From the NCBI RefSeq assembly GCF_044704955.1, contig NC_091984.1, forward strand, positions 177,878,001-177,942,000: DNA of 64,000 nt. The letters are read 5' to 3'. The position numbers and the translations under genes were made by a program. Origin of the DNA: Pristiophorus japonicus (lineage: Eukaryota). Positions within the stretch are counted from its first letter, which is position 1. Every line of letters starts with the position of its first letter. Positions 37,584-48,510 of the stretch are shown here, piece after piece. A model generated the notes under the pieces. The model did not search any database. It worked only from the letters and a program-made list of their open reading frames with translations, and was not told where the DNA came from.

Positions 37584-39648
37584 TTAGATCAAATTGACAA
37601 ACGCCAAATCCTCCTGCCCCTCTATGAGACAGGCTTGTTTAATATCCGGGGACCGGGCATGGGTCCCTCTTCATTGCGCATGGTGTCTGCATGCCTGGCA
37701 GGCCATTATGTCCCATGTTATTATTCGAATCCAAGGATGGATGTTCACATTTATTCCCCAGTCCCAGATCTTTGTCCACCAACTCTGACTTTGTAAGTCT
37801 ACATCGATATCTTCTTCCAGTACTTTGATTTTAGTTTGCAGTTGGTAGTAGAGTTTTATGGATTGACCCACCCGGAGCCTCAATTCCCGTAATACTTCGG
37901 TTGGATGTGGGATAGGGACATGATCTGGCTCGTCATAATCCTGCAAATGATCGTGGAGCTGATCGGTTACAATAACAACTTCGGGCTTCTGGCTCCTAAC
38001 CTGGGTGATATGCGCTTGCCCAATCGTGACAGGTCGTAGCGGCGCAAAGCAAAAGTTCGGCTGTGGTATCGGGCACTGCAGGTCATTATACTGGCATGAA
38101 CGCTCGGTAGTAGAGACGCAGTACCTTCCCTTTCCTCCGTAGCCTGTTCTCGCAAAGTGCCTGTGTGCGGGCACTATTTCTAGTACACATCCATCGGTTC
38201 GGTTAAACCCGCACTCGTCTAGCTCCCCTCGGCCCACCGGGTGGGGACATACTGTGATCTCCCCCCTTTGCTTGCATTCTGTTAGGGAAATCCTGGTAAG
38301 TATATCGTTTTGGCGAACGGTGGAGGTGGTGGTCAGATAGTAACGTATGGAGACATTTTCCCGCATTACTCGATATTCTTCAGTTGGTACAGGGGGAATG
38401 GCCCTGAGTCCGGCGTGGCTATAGGGATCATCAGGACTATCCCTGTCCCAGTAGTCCTACCCATCTGGCAATCTGGAATCGCTGGGTACATTCGGGTCAG
38501 TCCCTTCAGAGTGCACTTATCCAGTGTCCCTCTCTGGTTAGCCAACTGAGCTAAATGTGAACTGTCTATCCAATCGGGTACCTCCCCGCGTTGGATCTGA
38601 TCGAGATTGTGGCGGATCTCTCCCACCATCCACAGACCATAAGCGTGACAGTGTTGCCCCTGTCTTTGTTTTCCAGTATCTTCTCTTTCTCTATCAATGA
38701 GGTGATTGATGGTTTTGGCGTGAGCTTCCAGGACTGAGATGCCATCCAACTGGATTTCGGCACCCTCCTTTCCTAGGTTGGCTTGGTCTTCCTGGTTTTG
38801 CTCCACCCTTTCTAACAACCCCTTCATCACTCCTCTAAGCTGTTCCACCCTCTCGTTTAACTCTTGTATGTCTATCGAGTTCACTACGGAGGTCCCTGTA
38901 TTGAAACCGGTAGCAACATCATTAACTATTCTCCTCTTTATCCTGGGGGCTGACTCCTGTCCTCGGAATCTACTGGCACCCATTGCATCGGCAGCCTGCT
39001 GCATTACAACTCTACTTAATACATTGTACATTTTCCTTTACTGTTCTGTGCAGTATTCCGGCATCTGGATGCCTGAAATATTGATCAGGACAGGCACAAT
39101 TTCATGTTTAACATTATCATACAATTATTCCCCTTCGTTGTACATTACGATCCCATTTTCTGGCCCCTTGGTATTTATCGGACAAGGCAGTTCCTTGGGC
39201 AATGTAGTGGCTCGTACGGGGCGTGACGTCGGCGAAGGGGAGAAGCACACATACAGTGATATTGCAGCCGCTCCCACCTCCTCGTAGTACCCACACAGCC
39301 CCACTCCCATTTTGCGGATGACTGATTGCTGGGACTGTCCCGGAGGTGCGCAAATTATGCCGAAAGTACATTCATCGGGCCCTTTGGCATCCCTCCGTTT
39401 AATGCAGCTGCTCCTTATACCCGTGGAGCACTGAACACATACCCGGTTCTTATTTGGATTCACTTGTAACCATGCATTAAATAAGTCCTGTCCTTGCTCC
39501 AATCCTTAGTCGCTGGGACACACACTCCATCCATCAAATTGAACAAAATTCCATAGTTCATGTGATTGTTTATTTCCAGCGTGCTCTGCTGTCCGTCGGT
39601 GTCGTCCAGGGCTATCCATATTACGAGTAGCATCGTCCGTATTCCCAT
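37584..39648 (-). pseudogene. env: ERV env, foamy-TM/paramyxovirus-F-like class I fusion glycoprotein; disrupted
   Basis: Signal-like MGIRTMLLVIWIAL at 39648; Cys-rich N-terminal domain; Pro/Thr linker; RIKR furin site; fusion-peptide-like IVNDVATGFNTGTSVVNS; heptad repeat; long Cys-rich region; Trp-rich membrane-proximal WWTKIWDW. Stops at 39125, 39038 and 37671; frameshifts near 39500 and 38366. Confidence 0.9.
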
Positions 39649-39755
39649 TCTGATAAGTATTATCTGTAATTTTAAACAGACGGCCTGGTCGTCACCAGGG
39701 GATAGGTTCTGCTCTATGAATATCCTCGTCACCCTGCGAAATCAGAAGTACAAGG

Positions 39756-39956
39756 TTATAGTCGAACCATTTCGAGCTGAATCTGTAGGGCGTGCGCCCG
39801 TGTCTTTTCCCACTTAACTATTACCCAAACTCCTATTACCACCAAGACCAAAGCTATTCCTCCGAATACCCCTTCCAAAAGGGTGTCTAATCACTCCTGG
39901 CATTTTGCAGCATACCATTCTGTCTCGTCTAGGCGTATCACCCTTGGCTCGGCCAT
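39756..39956 (-). pseudogene. Small ERV accessory ORF (66 codons, one internal TGA) encoding a predicted single-pass membrane protein
   Basis: ATG overlaps the pol stop (TAATG, 39958-39954). Reads MAEPRVIRLDETEWYAAKCQE*LDTLLEGVFGGIALVLVVIGVWVIVKWEKTRAHALQIQLEMVRL*. Confidence 0.65.
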
Positions 39957-42145
39957 TACCCTTCTGAGCTATACCTTTTTAATTGCGACCAATGCTTCCA
40001 CCACCCTTTCCCTCTCATATCGACACATGCACACGTGTCGCTAGTCAAAATGATGTCATATGGTCCGGTCCACCTTGGGGCAAACCTCGTCCTGTCGGGG
40101 GTGACTTGTACCAACACTTTGTCGCCTACCTGTGGGAGGTGCGTGTCGGCATTTCCTTTGTTTTGGATCTCCAAGTCCCGAATGATCTGTTGCTCTACCA
40201 CCTCTTTTCTTAGTTCCTTCAACTGTGAATCTAATTGTTTTACATATTGTTTAATCCGACTCGTAAAGGTCCCATGTCCTCTCCCCCCGCTATGATACCT
40301 TCGGGGAGCGTCATGGCCCTCCCCGTCATTAATTCAAAGGGGGTCAGACCTGTGGTCTGGTTAGGGGTGGCCCTAAGTCTCATTCGTATACAGGGTAGAA
40401 CGTCCACCCATTCCTTCCCGGTTTCAGTTATGGCTTTGGCAATTGCTGTCTTAAGGGTACGGTTCATTCGCTCCACCATTCCCGAGCTCTGTGGATGGTA
40501 CAGGATGTGGAACCGTTGTCGGATTCCAAGCAGACCGCATGCCCACTTCATGATCTGACCCGTGAAGTAGGTCCCCTGGTCTGAGTCAATTTGGAGGGGC
40601 ACTCCCCACCGTGGGATTATGTCGAATGCGAGGCTCTGCGCTACGTGGATGCTCCGCAATCCCGGGTGGGAAAAACCTCAACCCACCTGGTAAATTGATC
40701 AATAATGACCAGGCAGTATTTCTTTCCCCGACTGTTGGGTAGGGGCCCTGTGAAATCAATCTGTAGATTCTCCCACGGGCCCCTGGGACGTGTCTGATGT
40801 GCCATTTTGACCTTTATGGGTCTGCCTGGATTATGCTGTGCGCATACTATGCAACGCTGGCAATGCTTGGCTACGTCTCGCCCTACCCCGGGCCACCACC
40901 ATTCTTTGAGTAGACGGCTGAGCATTCCGTCTCACCCAGTGTGGTCCGGCTCATGGTGTAGCCGGAGTAGTTCGGTCTGGATTGAGGACGGGGCAACTAC
41001 TTGTAGTCCCTTCCTCCACACCCCATCCTCCCCAAAGCTGGCCCCTTGGCTTTCCCATAGTGAACGTTCCTCCGAGCTACTCTCTTCCTGTACCTTACGG
41101 ATATTCAGCTCTCCTGGTCCTATCACGGCTACTTTGATTATCTGGGGCTCATCTTCTTCCGCTGCACTTCTGGCTGCTTGATCTGCCAGCATGTTTCCCC
41201 GCTGTTCCCTGCTTTCTACCTTTTGATGCGCCTTGATCTTTATTACTGCTGCCGTAGCGGGTCTTTTAACAGCTCTTACCAACTCCCGAACTATATTCTC
41301 GTGTTTAATGTGCCCCCCTCCTGAGGTTATGTACCCACGTCTGCTCCACGCTATCATGTAGTCGTGTACTACCCCGAATGCGTACCGGCTGTCGGTATAG
41401 ACATTTACACGCTTCCCCTCTGCCCATTTAAGGGCTTCGGTCAACGCTACAAGCTCCGCCACTTGGGCGGACACTGTTCCTTCCAGTGCCCCTCGCAGGA
41501 GGGTGGCACTGTCCTGGTCTACCACACCCCATCCGGTGCGGAATTGCCCGTCGATATATCGTCGGGACCCATCAACGTAAAGGGTTAAATCGGGGTCGCT
41601 CAGAGGTTCATCGGCTATCCCCCCTTCCGTTCCTTGATCTATTTCAGTTTTGCAACTATGGGGTTCGCCTTCGGTCACTATTCCCTCCGCGGGATTAAAA
41701 CCTATATCCCTGATTACTTGTATGGACTGGTCTTTGGGTAATAGTACCGCCTCCCAGGTAGCCCGTCGGGCATCTGACACCGTTTTTAACCTCCCGGTGT
41801 TTAGTAATTCCACTATGGTGTGTTTCTTGTGTAGGATTAGCTGTCCCGACATCGTCACTGGTTCGCATATTCTTGCAGCCCAAGCGGCGCAATCGAGGGC
41901 AGCCACACACCGATGAAGCCCCTTCACTACCGGGGACTCTTGTGTTGCGTAATACGCGACTGGTCTCATTACCCCTCCCTTTTCCTGGGTTATGATGGCG
42001 CTGTAAAAAACCCCCTCGAGATCATAATATACATGGAACGGCTTCATCATGTCAGGTAGCTTCAGCGCCGGGGCTGCCAATAATTCAGCTTTTAATTTCC
42101 CATAGGCTTCTTTTTGCTCCAATCCCCACTCTACCTGCTCTACGT
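39956..42145 (-). pseudogene. pol: ERV pol, 3' part: end of RT, tether (connection) domain, retroviral RNase H, integrase with GPY/F C-terminus; frameshifted
   Basis: ORFs 40932-42122, 40641-40925, 40240-40659 and 39956-40222. Motifs: LKAELLAAPAL..RPVAYY (tether); YVDGS, SAQVAELVAL, YTDSRYAFG, KAH, GNMLAD (RNase H); H-H..CQRCIVC, QIDF, DSDQG, SSGMVERMN (IN D-D-E); WTGPY. Confidence 0.95.
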
Positions 42146-42508
42146 ATCCTTAACGACTACCTACCACCGCTCTGCCCATTGGTCCGACCCTGTTCACAGG
42201 TTTGGATTCCGTTAGTCGCTGTGCACCGCCTGATTCTACCCCAGGGTATATTTCAAATTATTCTACTGGGTCTGGAAGATGTCTTTCGGTATCACGATCC
42301 CACGGTTCAAGTGTGTTCCGGGCACCTACTTAGTTCCTGGCCATCACGTGGGACTAAAGTCCTCTTAATTCATGCTCAGGCTAGGTGTTTGAGATATTGG
42401 ACCATCTCCTCATGTCGATCAACCAGCATCCACCTTCGGCACCCGTTATAAAATTTTTGTTTAAGGTATACTCACCCGGTTTCTCCAAGGGCATTTAGCG
42501 ACTTCAGA

Positions 42509-42526
42509 ATCCTGTTCATGACGCCA
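42509..42526 (-). promoter_or_regulatory. ERV primer-binding site complementary to tRNA-Ser
   Basis: + strand GAATCCTGTTCATGACGCCA (42507-42526) matches, as I recall the sequence, the 3' end of a vertebrate tRNA-Ser(CGA) (GAATCCTGTTCGTGACG-CCA) with one mismatch. On the - strand it follows ...TAACA-G. Confidence 0.8.
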
Positions 42527-42565
42527 CTGTTAGCGTGAAGGCTCGCTTTAAATAGCAAAAGGGAC

Positions 42566-42753
42566 TCATTGGATATATTCAAGAGGGAGTTAGATATGGC
42601 CCTTACGGTTAAGGGGATCAAGGGGTATGGAGAGAAAGCAGGAAAGGGGTACTGAAGGAATGATCAGCCTTGATCTTATTGAATGGCGGTGCAGGCTCGA
42701 AGGGCCGAATGGCCTCCTCCTGCACCTATTTTCTATGTTTCTATGTTTCTATG
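42566..42753 (+). mobile_element. CR1 3' terminal fragment next to the ERV 5' end
   Basis: ggctcgaagggccgaatggcctcctcctgcacctattttctatgtttctatgtttctatg. Confidence 0.9.
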
Positions 42754-43224
42754 ACTTATGATATCGGACTCCCTGCCGAGGCGTGCCGCCAATGAATTAT
42801 GTGGGTAATGCGGGCTACACGTAGCAATCATTTAAAGCAGCAGACAGCATTAATATAATGCCCTGCTTGCATCGCAGTCAACCGGCAAGGTTTAATCACA
42901 CAATCCAAACTCTGTGTCACTTTTGGTGTCTTATCCAATTTAACCCCCGTGCTCTTTTACTGAAATGACTCTAAGACATAGAACAACCTGCTAATCTAGG
43001 TTTCAAGTCTATTCATTTATCCATCTCATGGTTCCAGGATGAAAATCTCCCTGACTGTTCTCACTCCATCGGCGTTAATATTGTCCATAATAAAATGCCA
43101 AAACATTCTTCCGTTCCCGCTCCAGTCAGAGAGGGATTGAACATTTACTGCGAATATGATCATACCCTTGAACCTGTATTGTGCTCATCACAGGTACACT
43201 GGTTAATCAAAGACATTCTTTTAA

Positions 43225-43557
43225 TGGTTACAACACAGAAGGAGGCCAATCGGCCCCTCGAGCATGTGTTGGCTCTCTGGAAGAGGACTTCAACTCGTCC
43301 CATTCCACCGTCCTTTTGCCACAACCCTGCAAGTTTTTTCCTCCAGGTATTTATCCAAATCCATTTCGAAAGCCAAAATTGAATCTGCCTCCACTACCCT
43401 TTCAAGCAGGGAATTCTAGATCCTAACCACTCGCTGTGTGAAAAAAGATTTTCCTCGTGTAGTCTTTGATCCTTCTGTCAATCACCTTCAATTTGTATGC
43501 ATTGGTTCTCGAAGTTTCTGCGAATGGAAACAGTTTCTCTCTATCTACTCTGTCTAG
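43225..43557 (-). mobile_element. CR1 3' terminal fragment
   Basis: acacagaaggaggccaatcggccc...tttctctctatctactctgtc. Confidence 0.7.
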
Positions 43558-43782
43558 GCATAAGGCATTGAAATTAGAAGAAATTCAAGTCACCGTGACA
43601 GTCATACAAAGTTCTTCAAATACTATAAATTAGAATAAAAATGAATACGATAATATCACGCTGTATAAGATGAAATATAATAAACATGATTCCCACCGAA
43701 GGATGCTGCCCCACTTTACAAAGAAAATGGAATACCACTTAATGATTATTTGGAGTAATATGGTTTCCCTTACAATTTTGCA

Positions 43783-44555
43783 ATGGGACAAAATTATTCT
43801 GCGCTCGGTAACCCGCTCAGTTCGGGACGTCCTGCAGCAGGCACGGAAGCCCTATCCCGGCCACTGAATTAAGCTCACTACCCCTTAAAGGAAGGTGAGC
43901 ATAATCTCCCGTGCTCCACTTACTTTAGGGGCGGGACGAGCGCCGCTAACGAGTGACCATCGGAAGCACTACACAAATACTTCACGTTACATTAATGTGC
44001 TTCAATGCCGCTCCCCTATGCTTACAGAGGAGGGCACCTGCGCAATCTGCAAGGCCTCTGATGTCCTCCACTGGACCGCCAGGGCAGAATGGTACCCGGC
44101 CTGCAGCGCGGCACCCAAATGGAGTGTGGGTTGCAAGATCGTGGCCTGGACCACGCAAATAAATAGGTAAATGAGCTGACCCGAGAATCGACAAAAAGAT
44201 GTAAGATGGCGGCACGGGGTGCAAGAGACCTTCCGTTTAACTTCCGCCCTATGAGGGGAAGTCGGCCAGCTTCGTGACGCGTGAGGCTGCCATTGACTCC
44301 TGTTGGCGTCAGCCTCGTGGGCTTCAAGGCTATTTCCCCCGTGGCGCTGAGGGGTCCGCATGCACGGCGATGACGTAATAGTTGGCTGTGCAGTGGCCAG
44401 CCGTACTACACATGGCACGGCCTCTGCCAATTCCTGGGCAATTTCCCAGTAGCTAGCAGTGCCCCCGCCCCCACCGTGATAAGTGTAAGTGTCTTGCGCC
44501 CCATTACCGCCCACCAGAGATGATAATCGGCCTCTCAAAAAGGGGAAATTTAGCC
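43783..44555. mobile_element. GC-rich non-autonomous DNA transposon/MITE
   Basis: CpG-rich island in AT-rich background, bounded by ggacaaaatt...aaatttagcc (degenerate TIR-like ends). Confidence 0.45.
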
Positions 44556-44729
44556 GATTAAGTCTCTCACAGCTCCCCCATGCCCCCCACCCCCACTCAA
44601 CCCACGTCTTCTTCTGGGATCTTGGGGTTTTACTTACGATCCACACTTTATCTTGTTAACATCACATACCTGTGCGTTTCTAATCTAAGTTTTATTTGAC
44701 TAATATTGAGCACCACGACTTGGATATAG

Positions 44730-45265
44730 TAACAACAATAATGACAACTTGCAATTATATAGCGCATTGAACATAGATAGTAAAGCGTGCCAACACGCTT
44801 CACAGACGAATCATCAAACACTATTTTTTCACTAAGACACATCAGGATTTATTAGGGCAGAAAAGCTAGGTGTTAAGGAGTGTCTTAAAGGAGGAAAGGG
44901 AGCCATAGAGCTGGAGACGTTTATGGAAGAATTTCCAAAGCTAATGGCCTGGCAGATGGAGACTCGGTGGCCAATAGTGGAGCGATTAAAATCGGGAATG
45001 CTCAAGAGACTAGAATTGGAAGATCACAGATATCTCGGATGGGTGTAAGGCTGCAAGGAATTACAAAGATAGGGTGGGGTCCTGGAGAGATTTGGAAACA
45101 AGGATCAGAATTTCATAATCGAGGTGTTGCTCAACCGGGAGCCAATGTAACATTTGGATGAGCTCAAGTATACTCAGGGAGATAATGGGAGGACTGCGAG
45201 GAGCGTGATAGAATAGTCAGATGAGCTGCGCCAGGTACGGAGTCAGGCGATGCGATGGAAATCAT
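44730..45265 (-). mobile_element. L2-clade LINE 3' end
   Basis: aacaacaat..aacttgcaattatatagcgc..cgcttcacag tail. Confidence 0.75.
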
Positions 45266-45267
45266 AA

Positions 45268-45805
45268 TAAACATAGAAACATAGAAAATAGGTGCAGAAG
45301 CAGGCCAATCTGCCCATCGAGCCTGCACCACCATTCAATATGATCATGGCTGATCATGCAACTTCAGTACCCCACTCCTGCCTTCTCTCCATACCCGCTG
45401 AACACTTTAGCCATAAGGGCCACATCTAACCCCCTTTTGAATATATCCAACGAACTGGACTCAATAACTTTCTGTGGTAGAGAATTCCATATTTTCGCAA
45501 TTCTCTGGGTGAAAAAGTTTCTCCTCATCTCGGTCCTAAATGGCTTACCCTTTATCCTTAGACTCTGACTCCTGGTTCTGGACTTCGCCAAAATCGGGAA
45601 CATTCTTCCTGCATCTAACCTATCCAATCCCCTCGGAATTTTATATGCTTCAATGAGATCCCCTCTCATTCTTCTAAATTCCAGTGAAAATAAGCCTATT
45701 CGATCCAGTCTTTCTTCATATGTCAGTCCTGCCATCGCGGGAATCAATCTGGTGAACCGTCGCTGAACTCCCTCAATAGCAAGAATGTCCTTCAATAGCA
45801 AGAAT
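45268..45805 (-). mobile_element. CR1 LINE 3' end
   Basis: ORF 45364-45801 KDILAIEGVQRRFTRLIP; (catagaaa)n tail. Confidence 0.93.
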
Positions 45806-47921
45806 AATACAATATACAGAAAGCTACTGCGAAAAATAAGCTCTCCTCAAGCATCACCAAGTTATAAAGAAACCGTCCCCTTATCTTAAAAGTTCCTCCA
45901 TCAATCATTTATAATTAATTCTGAATAAGTATTTTTTTTGTAACCTTCAATTATACCAATATCAGTGTTATTGCACAAGATCCAAATCCTAAATGTTGGA
46001 ATTCCAAAATAATATATCCCTCTCTACTTTAGGCATCAGTGTGTTTAAATCTACCTTGAATCTTTCCTCAATTTGTACTGAAGGATTTAGGACTTTTCGA
46101 CATAGATTTTTCACTTGCTAAAGGAGCAAGGCTTGGTCCATCATATGATGAAAGAGAGACCTGTTAGATTTGACTGTAGAAGTTGGCATTATGGGAAGCT
46201 TGGGAAGTTCGAAAAATATTTTTCAGATTATTTAGAAGGCTAACTGAGAGGATGTACTTTCTCGGACCTAAGTAGCAATCTTAAGGATAGGATAACAGCT
46301 TAGCTAGGCCTTGACAGTCTGAGGAAACTGTTGTAAACTGAAATGCTGTAGCAATAGCTTTTTTGAGCCAAGGAATAGAGGGAAGCGGAAGGTAGCAGCA
46401 GCTTGCTTTTGCCAGCGAGAAGGGTACAACATGAACCATTCTCAAATAAAAAGAGAAAGACCAGAGAGAGCGTAATGTATAAGTATTTCTATAAAGGTTA
46501 GGCGAGGCCATATGTTGCTTATCCTCGTTTTATTGCCTATACCAGTTAAACAGGAGTTCCGGGACTCAGAGCTGAGAGATCCAAAGGTCACTAACCAACA
46601 GCCTGGACACATGCAAGACACGTGATGGAGACACAGACGCCAGACACGCAATAAAATTCGTATTTTTCGTTGCATCCTTTCCCTCACAGAAGAAAATATA
46701 ATGTGTACTCGTTTCAAACGACAAATATTACATTGTTTTTCCTCATCTTCAAAAAATGTGTACATATAATGGAACTCTAAAATGTAACCAAAACAAAACA
46801 CACAATCACAAAGAGGCACTCTGCAAATCATAGTGCTTCAGTCGAGCTGGAGGCTTTCACTGTCTTCCAGATCTGTGATCTGCTATTGGTTTCTGAATAC
46901 CGGGTTGTTTCCGGTGTTTTAGGTGTCGTCACAGGACTTGGAGACTGTAGACAGTTTAGAGGACATCTGAGGACCTGCGCTCCAGAAAAGGCCTCCATCT
47001 GAGGACTGTTGTTTACAGGCGACTCATCAGAATAGATCAATTGACACCATTTCCTCTGGCATGACGAGCCTCCTGCTTACACGCCGAAGCTTCTAGGATC
47101 TATCACACTTGTGCATATACCAGCACTCCAAGTACTCTGGCCAGGGAGTTTCATCCACACTGTATCACCAAGATCTATTGCTTGAAGTGCTGCAGCATGT
47201 ATACTGACGTTGTTTCATGTCGGCAAGGGCAAAAGTGTCTTCCTCAGTCGAATATCGACGCAGCAGAGTGTTTCAGCTATAAGAAATAGATGTCTTGCAT
47301 CTACGAACCATAAGTCTCTGTACAGAGCATGGGTCAACACTTTCATTTGATCTAATAGAGCTAAGAACTCTGACTGGCCGGTCTCTTTGCTTTTCATCAA
47401 GAGCAATTTGATGGTTTTGATGGTAACCTTGGCTTTGCCATCGGACTGCGGCTACTGAGGTGACGTAGTTCCGCCTTAAAATCCCCATGTCTTGTCAAAT
47501 ACTGCAAAATGCGCTGACGCGAATTGTGTATCATTAACTGAAACTGGTAGTTCAAATGTCACAAAGATTTCTTGAGTTCTCTCAGAACACTGTTTGTAGT
47601 AACTGAAGTGAGCCTGACTACTTAGATGCAGTTAACGTAGCAATCGCACATGACGAGCCGGGTGCGGCAATTTGGCTCACAAACGTCAGCATCAATCTTT
47701 GACCAAGGCCCATCTTCAATCTCCTGATATACTAGTGGTTCCTTACTTGGAGAACTGTAATGAGCCCTGTTAAAGTCCTGGACCAATAGAGGCTGTCATG
47801 GGTTCTGAGGATACAATCTTCAATGCCAGTGTCCATTGAATGTGCGAATAACATTAATTCCTTGCTTAGTGCAGCTGGCACTACGAGTTGCTGTCCCTTG
47901 AATATCAATTCATGATGGATC

Positions 47922-48510
47922 GCTGCTGAAGCCCTCAACCATGCCTTTGTTAGCTCTAGTCTTGCCTATTCCAATGCACTGCTGACTGGCCTCCCACATT
48001 CTTCCCTTTATAAACTAGAGTTAATCAAAAATTCGGCTGCCCATGTCCTAACTCGCATCAAGTCCCATTCACCCATCCCCCTGTGCTCGCTGACCTACAT
48101 TAGCTTCCGGTTAAGCAATGGCTCGCTTTTAAAATTTTCATCCTTATTTTCAAATCGGTGCATGGCCTCGCCCCTCCCTATCTCTGTAATCTCCTCCAGC
48201 CCCACAACCTCCGGAGATGTTTGCGCTCCTCTAATTCAGCCCTCTTGAGTATCCCTGATTATAATTGTTCAAACATTGGTGATCGTGCTGTCTGTTGCCG
48301 AGGCCCCAATCTCTGGAACGCCCTGCTTATACCTCTCTGCCTCTCTAGCTCTCATTCCTTCTTCAAGACGCTCCTTAAAACATAGCTCTTCGTCACTACT
48401 TATGTGGCTCTGTATCAAATTCTGTATTTCATAATACTCCTGTGAAACGCCTTGTGACGATTCACTACGTTAAAAGTGCTAAATAAATACAAGTTGTTGT
48501 TGTTATTGTT
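47922..48510 (+). mobile_element. L2-clade LINE 3' end nested in Gypsy B
   Basis: HGLAPPYLCNLL..LWNAL; tail aaatacaagttgttgttg. Confidence 0.85.

Larger units (their letters stand above)
36788..42530 (-). mobile_element. Internally deleted endogenous retrovirus (lokiretrovirus/spuma-like, F-type Env)
   Basis: Order on - strand: PBS, leader, pol (tether-RNase H-integrase), small ORF, env, PPT, LTR. gag, protease and the RT core are missing. Confidence 0.92.

Noticed and set aside
38739-39287. 182-aa antisense ORF in env as an HBZ/ASP-like gene
   Set aside because: Low-information shadow of the env frame; no independent evidence without other copies.
37584-39648. Domesticated (syncytin-like) env gene
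   Set aside because: Three stops, two frameshifts and an apparently missing TM anchor; no sign of ORF preservation.
44002-44646. 214-aa ORF and overlapping ORFs
   Set aside because: GC-rich repeat open in several frames, with no recognisable domain.
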